NCBI GenBank assembly: GCA_934309145.1
Contig: CAKRCW010000006.1
Span: forward strand, 77,905 to 141,904
Length of the DNA: 64,000 nucleotides
Reading direction: 5' to 3'
Origin: an uncultured Lachnospiraceae bacterium
GTDB lineage: Bacteria > Bacillota > Clostridia > Lachnospirales > Lachnospiraceae
A model generated the notes under the pieces. It did no database searches and had not been told where the DNA came from. It saw only the letters and a program-made list of their open reading frames with translations. Shown here in pieces: positions 26,689 through 36,219 of the stretch (position 1 is its first letter; each line of letters begins with the position of its first letter). The position numbers were made by a program, and so were the translations under genes.

Positions 26689-26886
26689 ATTGTCAGTTCT
26701 GATATTGTGTGAATTATTGCTTGAAATATAACGGATTCCATGCAGGGACATTTGCGACAGCCGGAACTTAATGAGTGCGAAGCACGAATTTAGAGCCGCT
26801 GCTCGGAGCAATTAAGCGAAAGCGGTCCCGTAATGGAGTCTGTTATATATTCAAGCAATAATTCATATAATATCCGGACTGACAAT
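26689..26886 (+). other. 198-nt imperfect hairpin element (61-nt arms), candidate structured RNA in the rqcH 3' region
   Basis: Arm 26689-26749 pairs with 26825-26886: about 57 pairs including 5 G-U, 1 mismatch, 1 bulge and a 3-nt internal loop. The 75-nt apical region contains small hairpins (GTGC-GAA-GCAC, GAGC-CGCT-GCTC). No U-tract follows. Confidence 0.5.
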
Positions 26887-26916
26887 TATCTCTCATAAAC
26901 CCTACAATTTTTGCAA

Positions 26917-26945
26917 TTGATTTTTGACATGGCATATACTATAAT
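26917..26945 (+). promoter_or_regulatory. candidate promoter, TTGATT-N17-TATAAT, for yicC-gmk-rpoZ
   Basis: TTGATT at 26917-26922 and TATAAT at 26940-26945. Confidence 0.4.
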
Positions 26946-26979
26946 GTAAAGACACGGTAAAATTAACAAAAGGATATAG

Positions 26980-27867
26980 GTGAACAAATTGATAAAGAGT
27001 ATGACAGGATTTGGCAGGAGCGAAATAGTGGATAATGACAGGAAGCTTATCGTTGAGATTAAGGCTGTCAATCACAGATATTGCGACATGAATATCAAGA
27101 TGCCAAAGAAGCTTAACCATTTTGAGACGATGGTTAGAACCTATCTAAAGGATTTTATACAGCGTGGCAAGGTCGATGTGTATATCACATATGAGGATTA
27201 CACAAAGGCTGGTGTCTGCGTCAAATATAATAGAGAGATTGCTGCTGAATATGTAGAACATCTTAAGAGCATGGCTTCGGAATTTGGATTAGATCAGGAT
27301 ATTAAGCCATCTGTGCTTGCCAGATTTCCAGAGGTGCTAACCTTAGAGGAACAGGATTCTGATGAGGATAGCTTGTGGGAGTTCTTACAGAGCGGAATAA
27401 AGGAAGCAGCAGAGCATTTTGTTGAGGCAAGAGTTATTGAGGGTGAGAATTTAAGAAAAGACCTTATAGAGAAGCTTGATGATATGGCGTTGCTTGTATC
27501 GGAGATAGAGAAAAAGTCACCTGAGATAATAGCAGAGTATAAGGCTAGGTTATATGAGAAGGTAAATGAGCTTGTATCTAATGCTCAGATAGATGAGCAG
27601 AGGATAGCGACAGAGGTAACTATTTTCGCGGATAAGGTATGTGTTGACGAGGAGATAGTAAGACTTAAGAGCCACATTGCCGGAACGAAGAATATATTGT
27701 TAGAGGGCGGAGCTGTAGGACGAAAGCTTGACTTCATAGCTCAGGAGATGAACCGTGAGGCCAATACTATCCTTAGTAAGTCTAACTCTCTTGATATATC
27801 AGACATAGGTATCAATCTTAAGACTGAGATAGAGAAGGTAAGAGAACAGATACAGAATATAGAGTAG
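26980..27867 (+). CDS. YicC/YloC-family stress-induced protein
   Basis: IKSMTGFGR is the family N-terminus, and the C-terminal DISEEIxRLxSH-like motif (DEEIVRLKSHI) and REANTILSKS are present. The true start may be TTG 26989 (MIKSMTGFG) rather than GTG 26980. Confidence 0.85.
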   Translation: MNKLIKSMTGFGRSEIVDNDRKLIVEIKAVNHRYCDMNIKMPKKLNHFETMVRTYLKDFIQRGKVDVYITYEDYTKAGVCVKYNREIAAEYVEHLKSMASEFGLDQDIKPSVLARFPEVLTLEEQDSDEDSLWEFLQSGIKEAAEHFVEARVIEGENLRKDLIEKLDDMALLVSEIEKKSPEIIAEYKARLYEKVNELVSNAQIDEQRIATEVTIFADKVCVDEEIVRLKSHIAGTKNILLEGGAVGRKLDFIAQEMNREANTILSKSNSLDISDIGINLKTEIEKVREQIQNIE

Positions 27868-27885
27868 AAGTGGAGGCGGTTCAAT

Positions 27886-28500
27886 ATGAAAAAGGGATTA
27901 TTGATTGTTATTTCCGGTTTCTCGGGTGTTGGGAAAGGCACTGTTGTCAAGGAACTGGTTAAGAAATACGGATATAGTCTTTCTGTTTCTGCGACCACCA
28001 GAGCTCCGAGACCAGGAGAGGTTGATGGACGTGAGTATTATTTCAAGTCTGTAGCTGATTTCCGTAATCTTATTGACTACAATGGATTTATTGAGTGGGC
28101 GCAATATGTAGAGAATTATTACGGAACACCTAGAAAATTCGTAGAGGATGAGATGGCACAGGGACATGATGTTATCCTTGAGATAGAGGTTCAGGGTGCT
28201 ATGAATATCAGAGAGCAGTATCCTGATTCAGTGCTTATATTTGTTTCAGCTCCTAGTGCGGAAAGCTTAAGAGACAGACTTGCGGGACGTGGAACAGAGA
28301 GTGAAGAGGTTATAGATAAGAGAATGAACAGGGCAGCTGAGGAATCAGAAGCTATGAAGGAATACGACTATATCGTTGTGAATGACGTATTAGAGGATTG
28401 CGTAGAAACGGTTAATTCAATCATTGTTGGTAACAAATGCCTGCGTGAGAATAACCTGAAATTTATAGAAGATATTAAGAAGGAGCTGCAAGCGCAGTAG
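27886..28500 (+). CDS. gmk: guanylate kinase
   Basis: P-loop ISGFSGVGKGT, SATTRAPRPGEVDGREYYF and EIEVQGA. Confidence 0.95.
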   Translation: MKKGLLIVISGFSGVGKGTVVKELVKKYGYSLSVSATTRAPRPGEVDGREYYFKSVADFRNLIDYNGFIEWAQYVENYYGTPRKFVEDEMAQGHDVILEIEVQGAMNIREQYPDSVLIFVSAPSAESLRDRLAGRGTESEEVIDKRMNRAAEESEAMKEYDYIVVNDVLEDCVETVNSIIVGNKCLRENNLKFIEDIKKELQAQ

Positions 28501-28514
28501 AAGGGAGAAAAAGT

Positions 28515-28748
28515 ATGTTACATCCATCATACACAGACTTAATGGAAGTTGTTAATAGTGAGGTAGAACCGGGAGAACAGCCAGTTGTACAGAGCAGATA
28601 TTCAATCGTTATGGCAACCTCGAAGAGAGCCAGACAGATTATCGCAGGTGCAGAGCCATTAGTTCCTGCAAAGGGTAAAAAGCCATTATCTATTGCGGTT
28701 GATGAGCTATATAGTGGCGTAGTTAAAATAGTCGGAGACGACGAGTAA
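28515..28748 (+). CDS. rpoZ: DNA-directed RNA polymerase subunit omega
   Basis: 77 aa. SRYSIVMATSKRARQI matches the omega signature, and the gene follows gmk as in Firmicutes. Confidence 0.9.
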   Translation: MLHPSYTDLMEVVNSEVEPGEQPVVQSRYSIVMATSKRARQIIAGAEPLVPAKGKKPLSIAVDELYSGVVKIVGDDE

Positions 28749-28754
28749 GGGCGA

Positions 28755-28830
28755 GGGGTTGCCACAGCAGTTATGTTTATCCTACATAGGCTGAATCATA
28801 ATAACTGTGACAGCCCCCTTATTTATTTTA
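28755..28830 (+). terminator. candidate intrinsic terminator after rpoZ (long-loop hairpin)
   Basis: GGGGTTGCCACAG..TTAT (28755-28774) pairs with ATAACTGTGACAGCCCC (28801-28817) with a bulge and a G-U pair. It is followed by CTTATTTATTTTA. Confidence 0.45.
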
Positions 28831-28853
28831 TGTCATTTGCGGGGTGATGTGAC

Positions 28854-30353
28854 ATGCGATTAGGAGATTTGCTTGAGAGTCTGTCCTATGAGGTCATTCA
28901 AGGCAATATAGACATAGAGATAAATGGTATAAAGAACAATTCAAGAGAAGTTAAGCCGGGGGATTTATTCATTTGTATAAGAGGTAATGACTCTGACGGT
29001 CACAGCTATGCGGCCAGTGTGTCATGTAAGGGAGCAGTTGCAATTATAGCTGAGAGAGAGATAAAAGTGCCGTTGGATGTTACAGTGATACAGGTTAAGA
29101 ATTCGAGATATACAATGGGAATAGTAAGTGGAAGATTCTATGACAACCCATCTGCTAAGCTTACCGTTATAGGGATAACGGGAACGAAGGGCAAGACAAC
29201 GACTGCCTATATGTTATACAGTATACTTAATGCTGTAGGACATAAGACAGGACTTATAGGCACAGTGGAGATAGATGATGGAAAAAAACACATACGCTCT
29301 GAACATACCACCCCTGAATCGATAGATATACAGCGATATTTTAGCGATATGGTTGATAATGGTGTAAGGACAGTTGTAATGGAGGTGTCATCGCAGGGAC
29401 TCATGCTAGACAGGGTTTCGGGGGTGGACTTTGATATAGGGATATTCACCAATCTGTCCAAGGACCATATAGGACCTAAGGAGCACAGCTGTTTTGAACA
29501 GTATAAGGAATGTAAAAAGAAGCTCTTTGGTATGTGCAGGCTCGGAATTATCAATCGTGACAGCCCATACTATGATGAGATAAGGAATGATTCCTCCTGT
29601 GATATAGTAACCTATGGTATGTCCGTTGAGGCAGATTACAGTGCCGGTGATGAGGAGTTATATATAGAGGATGGGCTGCTTGGAGTGTCATACAATCTGT
29701 CCGGACGGGTGGCTGGCAGAGTAAGCGTTGATATGCCGGGAGAATTTACCATATACAATTCTCTTGCTGCTATTGCGGCTGCTGATATACTAGGAGTTGA
29801 TTTTGCTGACATAAAAAGCTCCGTAAAGCACGTCACAGTTAAGGGACGTGTAGAGATGATACAGATATCAGATGCATTTACTCTTATGATAGATTATGCA
29901 CATAATAAGGTGGCTATGGAGCAGTTGCTTTACGCTTTAAGAAGGTATAATCCAACCGGGATAACGGTTGTCTTTGGTTGCGGGGGTAACCGTTCACATG
30001 ACAGAAGATACGAGATGGGGCTTATTGCCGCCGTTATGGCAGACGATATAATTCTTACAAACGATAATCCAAGATATGAGAATCCCCTTGATATAATAGA
30101 TGATATAAAAAAAGGCGTATATGCCGCAAAAGGAAAATGCGAGGTTATCTGTGACAGAAAGGAAGCTATACGCCATGCCATTTTACATGCAGAAAGCGGA
30201 GATATAGTTGTGCTTGCAGGAAAGGGGCATGAGACCTATCAGGATATATGCGGTATAAAGTACGACATGGATGAGAGACAATTAATCAGAGAAGTATTGG
30301 AGGAAGAAGATGTCACAAAAATATGCGGATATAATAATCGATATTTCGCATGA
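28854..30353 (+). CDS. murE: UDP-N-acetylmuramoyl-L-alanyl-D-glutamate--2,6-diaminopimelate ligase
   Basis: 499 aa. Mur ligase P-loop GITGTKGKTTT, the DNPR motif (TNDNPRYE) typical of mDAP-adding MurE, and GKGHE. Confidence 0.9.
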   Translation: MRLGDLLESLSYEVIQGNIDIEINGIKNNSREVKPGDLFICIRGNDSDGHSYAASVSCKGAVAIIAEREIKVPLDVTVIQVKNSRYTMGIVSGRFYDNPSAKLTVIGITGTKGKTTTAYMLYSILNAVGHKTGLIGTVEIDDGKKHIRSEHTTPESIDIQRYFSDMVDNGVRTVVMEVSSQGLMLDRVSGVDFDIGIFTNLSKDHIGPKEHSCFEQYKECKKKLFGMCRLGIINRDSPYYDEIRNDSSCDIVTYGMSVEADYSAGDEELYIEDGLLGVSYNLSGRVAGRVSVDMPGEFTIYNSLAAIAAADILGVDFADIKSSVKHVTVKGRVEMIQISDAFTLMIDYAHNKVAMEQLLYALRRYNPTGITVVFGCGGNRSHDRRYEMGLIAAVMADDIILTNDNPRYENPLDIIDDIKKGVYAAKGKCEVICDRKEAIRHAILHAESGDIVVLAGKGHETYQDICGIKYDMDERQLIREVLEEEDVTKICGYNNRYFA

Positions 30354-32319
30354 GGCAATCGACAGGGCATTTCAATATAAGATACCAGACGAATTAATCG
30401 ATTGTATTGAGATAGGAACCAAAGCACAGGTTCCATTTGGAAATGGAAATAAGCTTCGCCAGGGATATGTTATCGGTATAACTGACACACCATCGTATGA
30501 CGAGGATAAAATAAAATATATAGATTCTGTTGATGAAAAAGGCTTGCAGATAGAGGGTAAGCTTATAAGACTTGCGGCGTGGATGCATGAGACATATGGC
30601 TCAACCATGATAAATGCACTTAAGACTGTTATGCCAGTGAAACAGAGTGTAAGAGCTGCTGCAAAGAAGGTCGTTGAAGAAGAGTATGTGGTTGAAAAGC
30701 CTCCTGTACTTGAACTTAATGCTGACCAGCAAAGCCTTGTAGATGAATTTTGCAGTGATTTTCATGCCGGCAGAAGGAAAAATTACCTTCTGCGTGGCGT
30801 GACCGGAAGCGGCAAGACTGAGGTATATATAGGCTGCATCAAGAAGGTTATCGAGGATGGTGGACAGGCTATCGTTTTAATTCCTGAGATAGGACTTACA
30901 TACCAGAATGTGGCAAGGATGAAGCAGCATTTTGGAAGCAGGGTAGCTGTCATACACTCTAAGCAGAGCAAGGGTGAGAAGTATCAGATGCTTATGAAGG
31001 CTGGCAGACATGAGGTGGATGTTATTATTGGTCCGAGGTCTGCATTATTTACGCCCTGTGATAACCTTAAGCTTATAATAATAGATGAGGAGCATGACGC
31101 GGCATATAAGAGTGACCAGCCGCCAAAATATCATGCGAGAGAGACAGCTATCGAGAGGGCAAGGCTTGAAGGTGCGAGTGTAATACTCGGCTCAGCGACG
31201 CCTACCATAGAGAGCTATGCGTTAGCTAAGCTTGGCAGATACACATTATGGGAGCTCACTGACAGACCTTGTGGTATGAGACTTCCTGATGTATCTGTTG
31301 TTGATATGCGGGAAGAATTTCATATGGGAAACAGAGGCATTATAAGTCAGGAACTAAAGGAACTTATGAATGAATGCTTAGGTAGAAATGAACAGATTAT
31401 GCTCTTCATAAACAGAAGGGGCTATAATAGCTTTGTGTCGTGCAGGGAGTGCGGAGAGGTTATCAAATGTCCTAAATGTGAGGTGGCATTATCGCTTCAC
31501 AATAATGGATTTATGATGTGTCATTATTGTGGTTATATAGAGCGTGAGCCAAAGCAGTGCCCGAAATGTAAGTCAAAAATGATAGGTGGATTTGGCGCGG
31601 GGACTGAGAAGGTGGAAGCGGAGATAAACCGATTATTTCCAGAGGCAAAAACGCTTAGAATGGATAAGGACACCACTGGAAGAAAGGGTGCTCATGCGGC
31701 AATACTTAATAAGTTTAAACAGCATAAGGCGGATGTTCTTATAGGAACCCAGATGATAGTAAAAGGTCATGATTTTAACAATGTTACTCTTGTTGGAATT
31801 ATACTGGCAGATATGTCACTTTTTGCAAATGATTTCAGGGCAGGTGAGCGGACCTTTGACCTCATTACACAGGCAGCCGGAAGGGCAGGAAGAGGGGACA
31901 AGGACGGAAATGTTGTGATACAGACTTATCAGCCTGAGCATTATGCGATAGCTACAGCGGCAAAGCAGGACTATGAGGAATTCTTCAATATGGAGATGTC
32001 TTACAGAAGATTGTTGAAATATCCGCCTGTATATAATATGATGGTCTTGCTTATCACTTCAGAGGATAAGGATATGGCATATGAGGCATCAAAGCAATTG
32101 GCGACAGCATTAAAAAAGCTTGGCGCGGGAATGGACAAGTTAAGAATAATAGGTCCGGGTGACGCCTCAATAAGTAAAATAAATGATGTATATAGAAGAG
32201 TCATATACATAAAGGCATATGGCATGGACAACATAATAAAAATGAGACAGGCTATAGACAACTACAATCAGGATGGTGTAAATATATCAGTAGATGTAAA
32301 TCCGATGTCAACGTATTAG
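30310..32319 (+). CDS. priA: primosomal protein N' (replication restart helicase PriA)
   Basis: Walker A GVTGSGKTEVY, DEEH box (IIDEEHD), and a Cys-rich zinc region (CRECGEVIKCPKCEVALSLH...CHYCGY...CPKCKS). GGAGGA RBS. The gene overlaps the murE 3' end by 44 nt. Confidence 0.9.
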   Translation: MSQKYADIIIDISHEAIDRAFQYKIPDELIDCIEIGTKAQVPFGNGNKLRQGYVIGITDTPSYDEDKIKYIDSVDEKGLQIEGKLIRLAAWMHETYGSTMINALKTVMPVKQSVRAAAKKVVEEEYVVEKPPVLELNADQQSLVDEFCSDFHAGRRKNYLLRGVTGSGKTEVYIGCIKKVIEDGGQAIVLIPEIGLTYQNVARMKQHFGSRVAVIHSKQSKGEKYQMLMKAGRHEVDVIIGPRSALFTPCDNLKLIIIDEEHDAAYKSDQPPKYHARETAIERARLEGASVILGSATPTIESYALAKLGRYTLWELTDRPCGMRLPDVSVVDMREEFHMGNRGIISQELKELMNECLGRNEQIMLFINRRGYNSFVSCRECGEVIKCPKCEVALSLHNNGFMMCHYCGYIEREPKQCPKCKSKMIGGFGAGTEKVEAEINRLFPEAKTLRMDKDTTGRKGAHAAILNKFKQHKADVLIGTQMIVKGHDFNNVTLVGIILADMSLFANDFRAGERTFDLITQAAGRAGRGDKDGNVVIQTYQPEHYAIATAAKQDYEEFFNMEMSYRRLLKYPPVYNMMVLLITSEDKDMAYEASKQLATALKKLGAGMDKLRIIGPGDASISKINDVYRRVIYIKAYGMDNIIKMRQAIDNYNQDGVNISVDVNPMSTY

Positions 32320-32337
32320 ATTAGGAGGAATATATAA

Positions 32338-32814
32338 ATGGCAATAAGAAAAATCAGATTAGATGGTGATGATGTGTTGAGAAAGGTGTGCAAGCCGGTA
32401 GAGAAGATGACACCTAGAATAGAGACATTGATTGATGATATGTTTGATACAATGTATGAGGCAAATGGAGTGGGACTTGCTGCACCACAGGTGGGAATAC
32501 TTAAAAGAATAGTAGTAATAGATGTATGCGACGGAGATGCATATGTGCTTATTAATCCACGAATAACAGAGGCTGATGGAGAACAGCTTGGAGATGAGGG
32601 CTGCCTTAGTCTGCCTGGACTTGTAGGCAAGGTTAAGAGACCAAATCACGTTATATGTAAAGCTTACGATATAGATATGAATGAGATTACTGTTGAGGGT
32701 GAGGGACTTCTTGCAAGAGCTATATGCCATGAGTTGGACCATTTAGATGGAATCCTCTACAAGGATAAGACAGAGGATGGATTATACAGCGTAGATGCAC
32801 CTACAGAGGACTAA
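32338..32814 (+). CDS. def: peptide deformylase
   Basis: GVGLAAPQ, EGCLS and HELDH motifs. Confidence 0.95.
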   Translation: MAIRKIRLDGDDVLRKVCKPVEKMTPRIETLIDDMFDTMYEANGVGLAAPQVGILKRIVVIDVCDGDAYVLINPRITEADGEQLGDEGCLSLPGLVGKVKRPNHVICKAYDIDMNEITVEGEGLLARAICHELDHLDGILYKDKTEDGLYSVDAPTED

Positions 32815-32846
32815 GTATTTTTTCTTGATACGGAGGTATTTGATAT

Positions 32847-33785
32847 ATGAAGGTTGTATATATGGGAACACCTGAATTTGCAGTGTATGCACTTAAGGCA
32901 ATTATAGAGGCCGGACATGATGTAAAGGCTGTGTTTACACAGCCGGATAAGGCTAAGGGAAGAAGCAAGGCACTTGTGCCAACACCTGTAAAGGCTTGCG
33001 CAATGGCACATGATATACCGGTATATCAGCCGGAGAAGATAAGAGAGACCTGCAATGTAGAGCTTATAAAGAACATTGCACCTGATATAATAGTGGTTGC
33101 GGCTTATGGACAGATACTTCCTGAGAGCATACTTAATATACCTGAATATGGATGTGTGAATATTCATGCATCATTACTTCCTAAGTATCGTGGGGCAGCA
33201 CCTATAGAGTGGTCTATCATAGATGGAGAAGAGAAAACAGGTGTCACAACCATGTACATGGAAAAGGGCTTAGATACAGGTGACATGATAGAAAAAGTTG
33301 AGGTAGCAATCTGCCCTGATGACACCGGAGAGACCTTACATGACAAGTTGGCGGCAGCGGGAGCAAAGCTTATAATCTCTACGATGGAGAAATTAGAGAA
33401 CAAAACAGCTACAAGAACAAAGCAGAATGACACGGAAAGCTGCTACGCAAAAATGCTCACAAAGGAGCTTGGCAACATAGACTTTAGCATGGATGCGGTA
33501 TATATAGAGAGGCTTATAAGAGGCCTTATCCCATGGCCTTGCGCTTATACAACACTAGAGGGCAAGAGCATAAAGCTCTACAAGGCAGGTGTTAAGGAGA
33601 TTGACACTTCAGCATATAAGCCTGGTGAGATAATAGAAATTACGAAAAAGACATTTACCATTGCCTGTGGTAAAAATGCACTTGTTATAAATAAGCTTCA
33701 GCCAGAGGGGAAAAAGCCGATGGATACTGTTGCATTTCTTAACGGAAACAAGATAACTGCTGGTATGATATGTGGAGTAAATTAG
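32847..33785 (+). CDS. fmt: methionyl-tRNA formyltransferase
   Basis: MGTPEFA, NIHASLLPKYRGAAPI and a C-terminal Fmt domain. The gene follows def. Confidence 0.95.
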   Translation: MKVVYMGTPEFAVYALKAIIEAGHDVKAVFTQPDKAKGRSKALVPTPVKACAMAHDIPVYQPEKIRETCNVELIKNIAPDIIVVAAYGQILPESILNIPEYGCVNIHASLLPKYRGAAPIEWSIIDGEEKTGVTTMYMEKGLDTGDMIEKVEVAICPDDTGETLHDKLAAAGAKLIISTMEKLENKTATRTKQNDTESCYAKMLTKELGNIDFSMDAVYIERLIRGLIPWPCAYTTLEGKSIKLYKAGVKEIDTSAYKPGEIIEITKKTFTIACGKNALVINKLQPEGKKPMDTVAFLNGNKITAGMICGVN

Positions 33786-33842
33786 CGTTGTATAGTTAAT
33801 TGTGAAGGGTTAATTAAACGGAGATTTGAACGGAGTATACAG

Positions 33843-35147
33843 ATGGATGCAAGAGATATAACATTATCAATATTGTTAGATATGGACACCAACAAGACAT
33901 TTTCCAATGTCGCCATAGATAAGGCATTAAGGCAGCATCAGTTTGATGATAAAAAGGACAGGGCATTTATAACCAGATTGGCAGAGGGAACTACTGAGAG
34001 ACGAATCAATCTGGACTATATCATAGACAGCTTTTCCAAGACGAAGGTAAGAAAATGCAAGCCGCTTATAAGATGTCTGCTAAGAATGGGAACGTATCAG
34101 ATAATGTACATGGACTCTGTGCCTGACAGTGCAGCCTGTAATGAGATGGTCAAGCTTGCGAAGGCTCATGGGTTTGCATCGCTGTCTGGTTTTGTAAATG
34201 GAGTTTTAAGAAATATTTCGCGTCACAAGGATGAGATAAAATATCCTGATTATGACACTGACACTAAGCAATATCTGTCAATTAAATATTCTGTTCCGGA
34301 GTGGCTTGTGGTAAAGCTTATGTCAGATTACCCTGACAAGGCGGAGGCTATCCTTGAGGGAAGCTATTTGGACAGGGATACATCAATAAGGGTAAACACA
34401 GATAAAATATCAGTAACAGACCTGACTAAGCTTCTTGCTGATAATGGAATAAATGTAACACCAGGAATATATGATGAAAAGGCTCTTCATATAAGTGGTT
34501 ATGATTTCATAAGAAGAGTTCCGGGATATAAGCAAGGTTATTTTACAGTTCAGGATGAGAGCTCAATGTGTGCCATAAGAGAAATAGGCATAAAGGAAAA
34601 CGATATAATATATGATGTGTGTTCTGCTCCCGGTGGAAAGACGACTGCCGCTGCAGAATATCTTCACGGAACAGGTCATGTATATTCTATGGATATAGCT
34701 GCCGATAAGATTTCTCTGATAGAGGATAATGTAGAACGGTTAGGGCTATGTAACGTAACAGTTACAGAGCATGATGCCACTAAGCCACTTATAGATGAAA
34801 AGACAGGAATGCCTTGTAAGGCAGATGTGGTTATAGCCGACTTACCTTGCTCAGGACTTGGTGTTATGGGAAGAAAAAATGATATTAAGTACAGGGTTAC
34901 AGAAAATGATTTATCCGAGTTGGTTTCTATTCAGCGAAGGATACTTGAGGTTGTCTGTAGCTATGTGAAGGATGCTGGTACACTTTTATACAGCACTTGT
35001 ACAATTAATCCGGATGAAAATGAGAAGAATGTAAGATGGTTTCTTAATAATCATAAGGAGTTTAAGCTTATTAAGGACAGGCTTTTTATACAGGGTGTAG
35101 ATAATTGTGACGGCTTTTATTATGCAGTGATGAAGCGTGATAATTAG
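33843..35147 (+). CDS. rsmB: 16S rRNA (cytosine967-C5)-methyltransferase RsmB
   Basis: An NusB-like N-terminus, the SAM motif DVCSAPGGKT, and the catalytic DLPCSG ... YSTCT. Confidence 0.9.
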   Translation: MDARDITLSILLDMDTNKTFSNVAIDKALRQHQFDDKKDRAFITRLAEGTTERRINLDYIIDSFSKTKVRKCKPLIRCLLRMGTYQIMYMDSVPDSAACNEMVKLAKAHGFASLSGFVNGVLRNISRHKDEIKYPDYDTDTKQYLSIKYSVPEWLVVKLMSDYPDKAEAILEGSYLDRDTSIRVNTDKISVTDLTKLLADNGINVTPGIYDEKALHISGYDFIRRVPGYKQGYFTVQDESSMCAIREIGIKENDIIYDVCSAPGGKTTAAAEYLHGTGHVYSMDIAADKISLIEDNVERLGLCNVTVTEHDATKPLIDEKTGMPCKADVVIADLPCSGLGVMGRKNDIKYRVTENDLSELVSIQRRILEVVCSYVKDAGTLLYSTCTINPDENEKNVRWFLNNHKEFKLIKDRLFIQGVDNCDGFYYAVMKRDN

Positions 35148-35172
35148 AATGTGTAGATGAGGAAATAGTGAT

Positions 35173-36219
35173 ATGGCTTTAGATATTGATGTTAAGTCAA
35201 TGTATATAGATGAGCTCACAGAGTGGGTTAAAAAACAGGGAGAACCGCAGTTTCGTGCAAAACAGCTATATGAGTGGATGCACAAGAAATATGCAGGCTC
35301 TACGGATGATATGACGAATATTCCTAAGAAACTTAGGGAGAAAATAGATAACGATGGATTTGTCTCTATAGTGGAGGAGACAAGACAGACATCTAAGTCT
35401 GATGGAACAATTAAGTTTTTGTTCAGATTAGGTGACGGACAGATGATAGAGAGTGTATTTATGAAATACAACTATGGTAATTCAATATGTATCTCATCAC
35501 AGGCCGGCTGCCGTATGGGATGCAGATTTTGTGCTTCAACAATAGGCGGTCTTGTAAGAAATTTAACTGCCTCAGAGATGTTAGAGCAGGTGTATGCTGC
35601 AATGCGGATAACTGGAGAGAGGATATCTAATATAGTTGTCATGGGAACAGGTGAACCGTTAGATAACTATGATAATCTGATAAGATTTATAAAAATTATA
35701 TCTGATGAGGCGGGTTACAATATAAGCCAGAGAAATATAACCGTATCAAGCTGTGGCATAGTGCCTAGGATATATGACCTTGCAGATGAGAATCTTACTA
35801 TAACCTTTGCACTTTCTCTTCACGCGCCTACTGATATTGAGAGAAAGGAGCTTATGCCGATAGCAAGCAGATACTCGCTTGCTGAGACAATTGACGCTTG
35901 TAAGGCATATTTTGATAAAACAGGACGTAGAATTACATTTGAGTACAGTCTTGTTAAGGGGAAAAATGACTCTATAGAACACGCGGAGAAGCTGGCTGGA
36001 CTTCTTCACGGTATTAACTGTCATGTTAATCTTATACCGATTAATCCTGTCAGGGAGCGTGATTTTGAACAAAGTGATAACGATTCCGTTCAAAAATTCA
36101 AATTAGCACTTGAAAAAAAATCAATAAATGGTACTATAAGAAAGAGTATGGGTAGCGATATAGATGCTGCCTGTGGACAGTTAAGAAGAAAATACGCTGA
36201 ATCGGGAGGAGACCGATGA
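35173..36219 (+). CDS. rlmN: 23S rRNA (adenine2503-C2)-methyltransferase RlmN (radical SAM)
   Basis: The CxxxCxxC motif (GCRMGCRFCAS), MGTGEPLDN and SLHAP. Confidence 0.95.
   Translation: MALDIDVKSMYIDELTEWVKKQGEPQFRAKQLYEWMHKKYAGSTDDMTNIPKKLREKIDNDGFVSIVEETRQTSKSDGTIKFLFRLGDGQMIESVFMKYNYGNSICISSQAGCRMGCRFCASTIGGLVRNLTASEMLEQVYAAMRITGERISNIVVMGTGEPLDNYDNLIRFIKIISDEAGYNISQRNITVSSCGIVPRIYDLADENLTITFALSLHAPTDIERKELMPIASRYSLAETIDACKAYFDKTGRRITFEYSLVKGKNDSIEHAEKLAGLLHGINCHVNLIPINPVRERDFEQSDNDSVQKFKLALEKKSINGTIRKSMGSDIDAACGQLRRKYAESGGDR

Noticed and set aside
26689-26886. Interpreting the long inverted-repeat element as a MITE or IS remnant.
   Set aside because: No target-site duplication flanks the arms, there is no second copy in this 64-kb window, and there is no transposase fragment. 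The strand-biased G-U pattern argues for RNA structure. A genome-wide copy count could revive the idea.
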